Position numbers and translations under genes: made by a program. Shown piece after piece: positions 35,601 to 47,500 of a stretch of 55,195 bases of DNA. The DNA comes from Girardia tigrina. Lineage: Eukaryota. The stretch lies in NCBI GenBank assembly GCA_001938485.1, contig MQRK01192128.1:1-55195 (forward strand), written 5' to 3'. The stretch's first letter is position 1. Each line of letters opens with the position of its first letter. Below the pieces are notes generated by a model. That model did not search any database, was not told the origin of the DNA, and saw nothing but the letters and a program-made list of their open reading frames with translations.

Positions 35601-38600
35601 AACACTAAATTCAGATCTGTACTGTCAACAACTGGACCGTTGAAGATGGCAATTGATGAGAAACGACCAGAATTGGCCGACAGAAGAGGTGTTGTGTTCC
35701 ATCACGACAACGACAGACCACATATGTCTGTAGTGACTCGCCAGAAACACAGGAGCTTGGTTGGGAAGTTTTAATGCATCCACCATATAGTGCGGACCCG
35801 GCACCAAGCGATTACCACCTTTTTCTAACATTGCAAAATTTCCTGAGTGATAAGAAATTGGGATCAATAGAAGATTGTGAAAATCGATTACTACAGTTTT
35901 TCGTGAATAAGGACCAAGACTTCTACGAGAGAGGCATTATGAAGCTACCTTCAAATGGCAACTAATTATACAACAAAACGGTGCATATTTTACTCCAAGA
36001 GGACAATCCGAAACATGTTAAATAAAGTTTTGAATTTCACGGCAAAATAATGGATTTCTTTTTCCCCAACCTAATTTATCCAATGAATTTTTGTTTTATG
36101 TCATAATTATAAGGATATTCGTATTTTTCAACTGGAATATACAAAATATAATCAGTAAAATAAATAAGTACAGTTGAAATGCAAATTAAAATTTCTAAAC
36201 TAATCAAAGTTTTAAAAGAATGATTCTTGAAACTTACCAACATAACCACTAACAAGACCTTCTCCTCTAGCGATAACCATTGCTGGATCGGCATGTTGTT
36301 GACTGATTACCACTCTAAACGGACTGCCGGGAATATGTTTATTTGTAGCTTCATCTGTAATATTAATTAAATGTTCTCCACTTTCTTTTGGAATAAATCT
36401 TATAGCATATTGATTTTTATCAATATTTTGTATTACAGCCGGTTCTTCAATCTTAGAGGGACCTAAAATTGTGGCTTTTAATTTACCGTCCCACCGACCG
36501 GTGCTTGATTGTGGATAGTTAACAGTAAAAGCAGCAGGTTTTCCGATCTAAATATTTATATTAAATGTTTTTAAATTTTTAAGTATGACTTTATATATTA
36601 CATTATTATTGTTATTATTACAGTGTTTTAGAAATCTATAAATTGTATTCTTAAAACATATTTTTGAAAGATGTTTTTGGTGCAATTGTTACCGTATATA
36701 AATCAAATGAACAAATTATTTGTTAATTATACAAAGTGAGATATTTGATCGGAATATAGAGAGATAAGTGATTAAAAACTACGAATCAGAAATACAATTT
36801 AAATCTACAAACAAAAAGTGAAAAGAAAGTTTTGTTAAGAGGAACAACAACCATGAAATCCTTCATGGAATTGGAAAGAAGTTGCATATAAGTTCTACAA
36901 ACCCTCAAGAACAATACCAGTTTCAAATGCTTTGAGAAAATTTTAAAAAAAGTGACTGTAACTCGAAAACGTCTTTTGCTGATTTTCACAAGATCATATT
37001 GATGCAAGGAGAGTACGCGTTCCAGAAATTGGAATGTCAAGAACTTAGGTTTTCTAACGGAGATAGGATAGGATATCTTTATTTATTAGAAAATAAAATA
37101 CTTATTTTACCAATGTTTTTTAAGGTTTCCAGCTGGGTGTAACCTAAGAAAATGTGGGTATACAGTATAACATTTATTTTTACTCAAAAATTGTTACATC
37201 ACACATGCACACTGAATTTAAATGTTTAAGAACAAAAGCGTGTATGTGCGAGGAGAGAGAGCGGGTGGAATAACAGTGCGGTCATTTTTTATTGAACCCA
37301 TGCTTTACCTATAAATAGCCAAATTTTGGGTGTACATCTACAAAAGTTGGGTGTACATTATTGACACAAAATGGCCTTTAAAAACCCTGTATTTGAGTAT
37401 TCCAGAGGGTCGTAGCATAAATAGGAGTTCATTTCTCTAGATAACAGTTAGCAGCGTATTTGCATTGAAAATTACAAATAGTGATTTTAATTCTGATATC
37501 TTTACACAATTTTTCCAGGAATCTCCAAAATGTTTTAATTATGGACAACGTTAGGTTTCACAAAACAAATACTGTGATCAATTTAATTTAAGAAAATAAA
37601 TTATTGAAGCAATTTAATCCAATTGACATCCTTATTTTATGATTAAATCTAGGCTTCGCACTAATAGAACCGCACTAAGTGAAATTTTAGTAAAGGAAAC
37701 TAATAATTATGGGTAAAAAAACTCAGCAGAAAACAGCCAACTTTTCTCAATGTACCGGTTTCTATCGCTACTTTGCAAGATAACAGAGACATATAATAAA
37801 AATAACAATTGACAGCAAAGCAAAATCTAATGTTTGAGATGAAAATTCTCACACTCAATGTAATCCACTCAATTTTAGCTTTCACATCAAACCCAAAACA
37901 ATCTGAAATCTTATCCATGTAATTTAACTAAAATGTCTGACCAAATGACAATCTTAGAGAACAGTATATTCTATCAACTGTACCAGGTTTGAGACTAGTA
38001 ACACTCAGTATAATAGCACATTCGGTCAGTGCAAGACAATCACACCGAAAAAATACATTTTGCTTTGAATTTCTTCGTTCTTTCCAAATAATTCATAAAT
38101 TATTGATTTTATCATCAAGATATAAACACTGAAAAGTAAAATCTATATACAAGGGATAAAAAGAAGAAGACTAGCTTTTGGCTTGCTTTCAATTGTCATC
38201 TTTATCATATGTCTCCATTACCTTCGTAAAGTACGGAACAAAAAAGTAAACATATCGTTTTCTCAAATGGAAATTGATAGCTACCAATAGTTGGTTTGTG
38301 AGAATGGAATTGATCACTTTATAAGAAAAAGAAATAAATTCATTTTAAATCGAATGATTTATTGGTAAAATGTTTTTTTTAACTATTGTATAGTCCCGTT
38401 TAAAGCGTTACTTTAATACATGGCGTGGATTGATCTAATGATTTGATTATATTCTCGAAACGCGTCGTCTTCTTATCCATTGTACATAAATATACATAGA
38501 TATTTGTATTTATTTGTAAAAAATATTTTTGTTTTGTTCATTATTATTCGTTTAAGTGACCTTATAGATCACAATAATTCGGTCAATCTGTCAGCTCCCT

Positions 38601-41600
38601 TATACGCCATGTTTGTATGTGATGCTGACTAATGTCATCTCAAGTAATAAAGTATAACCGTACAATATAAATAACAATTAATAATTTATTGAAAAGTTAG
38701 GATTAATTTTAGCAAAAAATATTATGAAATGAAAGAATATTTAAAATTTGAAAAAAAAGATTAGTTAAATTATTTCATTTAATGTTTTTTTTAAAGAATT
38801 TATTAGAAAATCATTTATTGTAAAAATCAAAATGAAACATAGATTAAATGAAATTATTTATTAAAATAATCAAAATTAATAGTTGTTAAGAGAACTCACA
38901 CATTTGACAGAACATTTATTACATTCACATTTCTGATCATCTTTATGATGATCAACAGTATTGCTTTCACTATAATCCATCACTCAATTTTCAATATCTT
39001 TCCTTATAATCTGAACTATACTTGAGAAAATTATTTTATTAAAAATAATTAATTAAAATTTTATTTGCTAAAATAAAATATTTCTATAGTCATTTTTAAA
39101 CATTAATTTGATTTTAATTATTTAAAAATATGCAAAAATAAAATCAATAAAATTATTTAAAAGTTGCAATAATAAAAATTAAAAATTTGAATATTAAATC
39201 TAAATTTAAATAAATTAGTTTCAGATAATAAGAATTAAAATATTGATCATCCATCTGGTTAGGAGAGGCACAATCCCAAATCAACACACAACATTTAAAC
39301 ATGCAAACACTACAAAAAACAATTATACACCCCATATTCCTCACAATAGTAATAATATAAGAATATTATTTTAAACTTTAACAATATAAAAAAATAATTT
39401 TTCGTGACATTTTATAGGGACCTAGTTACTGATAAAAACACAACCTTCATAAATTATATGAACCAGTAACGTTCTTTAATACATAAAATTTAACAACCTG
39501 GGTTTCAGATTTACTTACAAGTCAAATGTTTAAGAGTGCTTTTATGTTTTATTTGATCTTTAAACCTTAGAGATTAGTGATAACACGAATAAGTGTTGGA
39601 TTCCAATTATATAAATGATAACAAAATTATCACTGAATACAAAGTTTAGTTCAATATTGGAATTAAAAGAATTTCTCTGAAAATAATATTAATCGATAAA
39701 TAATTATTTATTTGCACAATTTTATTTATATTTCCTTTCTAATTGATTTCTTGAATGGTGATTTATTATTTATTTATAAATAAAATACAAGTCAATTATT
39801 TGGAAAACATACCGTCCAATCTTTCGAAAATGAGCCACTGCCGACCGGAATCACAGAAACGAAATCCATGGCTCTTTCGTTGACAAATATTCGGAATGGA
39901 GAATTGACAATGTGATCATCGTTGAATTTGATCGAGCAGATGTATTCTCCTGGTTCAGTGACAAAGTATTTCACAACACAAGATCCATCTTTACGGTCCT
40001 AGATTGAGATGGGATAATCGTTGATTACATGAATGACCAAGCATTTAAACCTCAAAATCTATTTCTGCTTTGCTAGGACCTTCAACAGCAATTGATAAAC
40101 CTCCAGCTCCAGCTTCTCTTGTATAAATGTTGAACTCATTTGGTACATTTATGTATCCCAATTTCAATCCATTTCCACTAGCTACAACTTTATGAGCTCC
40201 GCCGTCAACAATAGGTCCCACAGTAAATTGGAATGGACTTCCTAATTTGATAAAATGTTCAACAGTCACATAATTCTTTAAAACGGATTAGTACCAGGAA
40301 TATGCATATTTTTGTGTTGAACTACAACCGTGTGTAGACCCATTTCTTTAGGAATAAATTTAATGCTATAGTGACCGTCATCCAAGTCGATTATTTCGCA
40401 AACTTCTGTCACTCCATAAAGATTGGTAACCGTCGCCTTCATATCATGAGGATTTGTGCCTAATTATCGTTTCGTTTATAACTGTCACCAGAAAATACAT
40501 TTCCTACCAGGAACTTTCAATGTCAATTCACATTGTGATCCAACTTGAGTGATATCGGCTGCTTCTTGTCTACAAATGATCTTTTCCATTAATTTCGCAG
40601 ATGGTTCTCCGGTGATTTTCACTGCAAAAGGACTGCCCAAAACATGTTCATTGGCAAATTTGATATTGATCATATAGGTTCCCGGTTCGTTCGGTGTATA
40701 AGAAACTTGACAAGTGCCATCATAATTATCCCGACATTCAATTTCTGCTTTACTGGGGCCTTCGATGGATAAACTTAAACCACCATAACCTAAAAATTAT
40801 AATTGGATTTTATGAATAATTCATGAGATAACGAATAATCAATGTTTTGATACTCATAATATATTTTTAGTACTTAAAACAGTCCTTTATGAATAATAAA
40901 AATTTCGATGAATTAAGAAACATTTTTTTCATAAAATAATATAAAATATAATTACCAGCTTCCCGAGTGTCAACAATGAAGGAATTCAATTCATTTGATA
41001 TTCCCGATCTTAAACCATCACCGTACACTCTAACTTTTGATGCGTCTCCGATTTCATTAGGTCCAACGATGATCTTGAATGGACTTCCAAGGATGTGAGC
41101 ACCCGATTGATAGACATTAATCAAATGATGTCCAACTTCTCTTGGAGTGAACGAAATTCCTATGTAAAAGAATAATTTGAACTTAATATTCAAATATAAG
41201 TTTGAAGAAAGGATATACCGAGATTATCATTTGGCATTTTCTTAAGAATGCATATTTCTTCTTTTCCAGACGGAGCTTTAACATTTGCCGTTAAAGTGCT
41301 TATGTCGATATTTTGGATTTTCAAAGGTATATCACTTGCACTTCCAATACAGACTTGAGATCGTCGTTGAGGTTCACCTGAGAAACGTAACTTAATATCT
41401 CTAATAAATACTTTTGAAGACAATCAAAGAAACGTTAAAATAAACATTAAACAGATTTACGTTGAACTAACTCATTTTAGACTTCTCGAAGCCTTTTTCT
41501 ATGTACAAGAAAATTAAGATATAATTTTAACTGTTTTAGAAAACAAAATTATTATCTTAAAAAATAAAGTACAAAAAAATGTAGAATCACATCAAACTCC

Positions 41601-44479
41601 TTACTGAAGAAGAGAATTATTAAGAGAGAATTAACTAATTAGAAAAAAATAAAGTGGTTATTTTAAAAATTAAAATTAATTTAGTAATTATTATACAAAT
41701 GTCACATTATTTTCGATATTTTTTGTTATTTGTATTATAAAAAATGATTAATTTTTATTTTTTATTTGATTTATTTTATTATTAGTAATAAAAGTTATCG
41801 GTAAATTGGAAAAAAATAAAAATCAGATTTTATTTTTTTCACAAAATTTTAATGAAGAAAAATATATAAAATACTCTCACAATTGAATAATTTTTTCTTA
41901 ATTAATCATTAAAAATTATTTTTGATATATTATTTTTAAACTGATACAAAAATTACTTTTTATTTATTAGTGATGCAAAATTGTAGATGTTTAGTAGAAT
42001 AAAAGAATAAATAAATATAAAAATAAATTAAAATTAAAAAATAGAAAATATATATATGGGTAGACGTTAGTGTTATTTTCTTTTACATAATCCATAGTTT
42101 ATCCAAAATTAAATACAATAATTAAATTAATAAATAAAAAAAACTTACCTGATTTATTCCCTTTTTTAGAAAACATTAAATAAATTACACGAAATAACAA
42201 GTAAAATTAGAAAGTACTGATCAGTCGAGTAGAATTTAATATATGTATAAGTATAAAAATGATAAATATTATGTTTATGAAAACACTTGACAATTAAATC
42301 AATAAAATAATGATAAAGGCGATAAAATGTGCTCAAATCAAATAATCACTGAAAATAAAGCATTGAAAATTTACCGATTATGTTAGCTATGAAAGGAGAC
42401 CCAGGAATGTTATGATCTGCAAATTTAATGATGATGCTGTAATCACCAGGAATCATGGGATAATAAGTGACATCACAACTTCCATTTTCATTATCCTTAC
42501 ATAAAATCTCGGCCTTTGAAGGTCCTTCTATTGCCAAAGATAATCCTCCTGATATCCATGAGTAAAACTAAAGATTAAAAATTGTAATAATGAATTTACC
42601 TGATCCGGCATCTTTTGTAACAATGGTAAATTCAGCTGGTAAACCAGTTCTTCCGTGACTTAATCCAGGCCCGTATGCGGCCACATTACCAAAACCAGCA
42701 TTTTCAGCGAAAAACCTGTATGTACTACCTTGAATTGGAACCCCATCACAAGTAACATTCATTTCATGCATTCCACGTTCATGAGGTTCGTACTTAACTG
42801 TCACCGTTCCGTTATTATTGTCTTGGACAAAAGCATACTCTTTCAGACCACTGGGAGTTGTTACAATTGCTGAAAAAGATTATTTGGTTAGGCTGAATAT
42901 ATTAATTTTTTATCTGTTGACGCACAGATCATCAATAAATATAATTTTAAGTAATGGGTAATAATTTGTTTAATTATTTATCGAGTTTACAAAAATAAAA
43001 AGCAAAAATTGTTTTCAACAGTGATTCAAACACATTGTCTTCCTCCATAACCTTTGACATCTCAAAAACTCAACCAAGTAAGAATCCAGTTGATTATGCT
43101 CAGTCCAGCGATGTTACCTCCTGGATCAAGTTGTAGGATGAACGAAGTTGTACTTCTCGTTAATCGAGAAATACTCAAAACGAACGTCTTCAAATTGATC
43201 TGTTTTATAATGGCGCCAAATATTAAATTACTCGATTAATCCTTCTTCGATTTTGTCTTGGATTGCTGATAAAAAGGTCTTCACTTAATCTTACCCGGCA
43301 CTTTAACTAATAAGCTGATTAGCATTAACAAAAAGATCGATAAAAGAATATTTTAATTTCTTAATAGCAAATTTTGACTGTTTTTTTTTCTTTGATGGTA
43401 AAAGTAAAGCATTTTTTTTCACACAGTTTAAAAAATATTTTAATAATTCCATTAAAATTCAGACACTGTCGTACAAAAATAAACGGGGAAGAAGAAGAAG
43501 CTCAAATTTAGTTTTAAAGCTCTTATAGAGGACTAAATCGAGTTTGTAGATTTCAAGTATATTTTTGTTTTTAACAACTATTTCAAAAAATTAAAGTTTC
43601 ATTAAAAATAAATTTACAAATAGAAATTGGACAAAAAACCGAGCAAAAAATTTTGCAATAATTTTTACTATTACGAGTGCCTGTACAGTGTACACGTCTC
43701 TGAATTTTTTTTGCATAAATCCATAGGAATCCATTAGAAATTTTAATTTCTTTCAGGTTTTATCCAGTAAATGACCCACAGATAAAAGACTAAACAATGG
43801 GGTTAATTTATGAAGATTCGGTAGGCCATGGCTTTACATCTATCATGCCCGAATTATTTCATCACATATAAGGATTTAGCTTCGGATCATTGTCCTGTTG
43901 AATCTTGTCGAGGATGGCGAAACCCACTTACTCTTAGAAGAGTTTCAATTTACTTGCTAAATTATTTATTTATAATTCTATCTATCGTCCAGTGGATGAC
44001 ATGGAATCATACAACCCGTGCTTTACAACTGGCCTGCAATTGATCGACTCTAAGGCTGAATTATTTTACTTCATATTTTTTTCTCTTAGTAGATAAAAAA
44101 ACTTATTCATTACTTATTTAGCGTTCTGACCACAGTCTTTGGTTTCCTGATACCATTGACACTTAAAATTACACTTGATCTTGGTCTCCAAAAATGTGAG
44201 CTGGTCCTGTCTGCGGGAATTTTTTCGCAAGCATATCCGATTCATCTTATATTTTTACACTTGTGGATTAAAAAGTCAGCTGCATTCTTACTTCATCGTT
44301 GATTATAATTTTAAAATATTTTGGGACAGAAGTGTATTCAAAGTTGAAGAAACGACACTGAAGATAAACAAAAAAGTTGCTATTGTAACGATTTTTTATA
44401 AAGCTTTTGATTGTTGAAATTCAGGTTAACTTGAAAATGAGTTGCGGTGTCCAATACAATAGGACATTCTCTCTTTCTA

Positions 44480-44518
<39 letters not shown>

Positions 44519-47500
44519 TTATTTATTAACTAAAATTCGAAGTACATCAAAATAAACTTTAGTTCAGAAGCAGTAGTATCACACTGATGATTCATTTATA
44601 TGTGATCAACCTCTCGGAAAAAATACGGCAAAGGCGACATGTTTTAGTAAGGGGATGTAATTCTCTTAATCATATACACAGTATTCACAAGACATTTGAC
44701 GAAGAATACATCAATAATCAAAGATACTTCCTGAAAAAGACAATGTATTACCTTCAATTAAACGGACATTGTCCGGAATCGGCAATCTGAACTCCACCGG
44801 GTACATACCCGTAGTATATTCAGAAGAATCCTTTCCAAATGAAGTGAATTGAGATTTCGTTTTTTCAAATTGGATCTAAATTAAATTTGAATTGATAATA
44901 CAAGCAAATGTTGTTGCAGCAACTCACCACTTCGTCGGGCACATTATTTGGGTCGATTGCCTATAAATAAAAATAAAATATTAACCAATCACATTCCTTA
45001 TTTTTGTGCTATTTAATAAAATTCCTTCCGTGTGTAACTCCCAAAGGGATTTTCTTTGAACTCACATTATTTCTAGAGCACTATTTAGAGAATTCTTACA
45101 AAACCAAATTTTATTCTAACACACCTCAGAAAAAAGGAAGCAATTTTGGATTTGCTATTTGAAAGAAGAATATTTATGCACGAATTTATACATTTAATTT
45201 TCCTTAAATATAAAACAATTTAATTCTTTGTGAATTTCGTAAAAAAATTTAAATAAAAATTTCTATTTAATATTTTTAATTTATTTAGAATTCATGATGT
45301 TAAAATAACAAATACCAGACCCCCCTTTTTTTGGGTGTGCATTTTTGGAAAAAAATTCAAAAAAGTACCATAATTCATTCAAGAAAATAAATTGAAATCT
45401 TTTGGGTTGGAGAAATATTTCAAATATTTACTAATATTTAAAAATTCGCGTTAAATGTTCATTAAATTTTGACAAAAAGGGGGTCTTATACACGGAAAAA
45501 TACGGTATATACTGTTTATTAGGAAAACATAATTATGAGGAGGTAATTAATTTTTGGTTCTCTGATCAAAATTTAAATAGTTTTAAAAAAGATTATTTTG
45601 AATTAAAATCAAATTGAAAATTTTAAAAAATTAATTTGAATTAAAAAAAACATTCTTAATTAAAAAACATTCATTAAAAAACATTAATTAAAAAACATTC
45701 TTTATTAAAAAAATTTTATTAATATTTGTAAAAATATATTTTCTAATTTTGAATTAATTTAATGATATGATTAAAAGATTAAATACCGTATTTATCGGAC
45801 TATAAGTCGCACTCGCATAATATTTTTTTTAAATTTTGAAAATTAAATTCAACAGCGTATAAGTCGCACTAGCGTATAAGTCTAACCAACTTTTTTTAAT
45901 TTCCATACTGTTTTCATATAAGCCGCGGTATGAACCATTACTAAAAGTCAAATTGAAAGGTAGTTGAAGAGATTCAAATTGAGCGATACGAATGTTAACT
46001 ATCAAACACATTGGACTATTGCGGAAGAGAATGCAAGCTTGACAAGTAGAATGTTAGATATTTTGTGATTGTGTCGTCTCCAAAAGATAGAAAGTATATT
46101 AATTGGCTTGATAGGTTCCACACAAAATCTCCAATGTCATCTACGTCAAGCATGCCGGAACTTTCACCGATTTACTGCACTAAAACGAGCAAACTCCGTT
46201 TCTAAATAATCTTCCCATTGGTAATAAATTGAAACTTCTTCGAAAAAATGAAAAGAAATAAGGCTTCATTTCCCATTGAGTTTCATCTAAGAAAATATCG
46301 AAAGGCGTCCACTATAAGAAGGCAATGTGGTACGTTTTGCGAGACAGAAACAGAACTGTTCACTTGGAAATAATTTAAAGCGGAATTTATTAACTAGGGT
46401 CATTGAGTTTCGGGTTCCGGACAAAAACGACAAGCGACAGTGAGATATCAAAAGTGACTAGATGAAAAGACTGTCCAACAAGAGTCACATAGGTGGGCGT
46501 CGTGTTTATAAATCTATCGTCATATTCCCCACAGAAGTGCTTAAGCATTATCATGTTAATCAATCGCTGAAAAATTTGCTCTTGAATAAAATGTATAATG
46601 ACTTAAAGGACTTGTTGGACAATCAATGAGTGGATTGTCTCTACAAACAGTAACTTTTTCCGTCACTGGAAATGATCCGATTGCTAAGCAAATGAGAAAC
46701 AGTAATTGAAGTAGAAATAGTGAATATGTTGTCGAATATTGATTTAAAGATGTTTTTATTGAAAAAAAGGCCGCAATAATAATAACTAGGTTTTCACGAA
46801 TTCAGATTTTAAATTCTCCGTATTGACGATGACTTTTTTAATCACTCTACAAACACATTTGTTACTTCTTTAGAAACAAATCTGTGGTAGTCTCGATAAT
46901 TCTCACTATTATTTTTTAGTATTTTTTGATCGTCAAAAATTTGAATTTACAATTCATTATAAAGTTTTCAGAATTCTAAATTTGTCATTACCTTTTCTTT
47001 GAATTGACCATTTGGAATACTGACTCCTCCATATTTGATGTCCACCAGATAATCTCCGAGTTCTGTGAGAGTATAATATATGGTTTGAGTTCCATTTTCG
47101 TTATTTTCAATCTCTGTAGGTAGAGACAAATGAGATTTTATATCACCATTTTCGGTAAGTGGTAGAATTCTACAAGAAACTTTTCCTTCTCCAGCTTCAA
47201 CCGTATTGACAGTTATCATTGTTTCAGTATCAATCAAGATGTATTCTTTAATTGTACCTGAATAATAAATATTTTTATAGAAAGTTTAAAATCAATTTTA
47301 CAGATTTCATTAAGCAGAAGGAATTTGGTAACACGGTAAATAGATTTCAACGACATTTTTTACCACTCGAAATAGTTCAGTACACGTTGTCGCAAAGAAT
47401 GTTTTATTTAAATAAAATCTATCGAAATCTTTGAAACATTTGGGATTCACTAATAACTAAACAGGTAGGGAAATCATGCTAACTTCACTCTAAGAGTCAC

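Noticed and set aside
39813-39830. Equivalent of the vertebrate filamin Q/R RNA-editing site at the start of repeat 22
   Set aside because: The exon ends in ...KDWT with no CAG codon, and I saw no complementary intronic sequence.
43030-43300. Possible LTR/primer-binding site (tggcgcc) in a filamin intron
   Set aside because: Only a 7-nt match, with no LTR boundaries or gag ORF.
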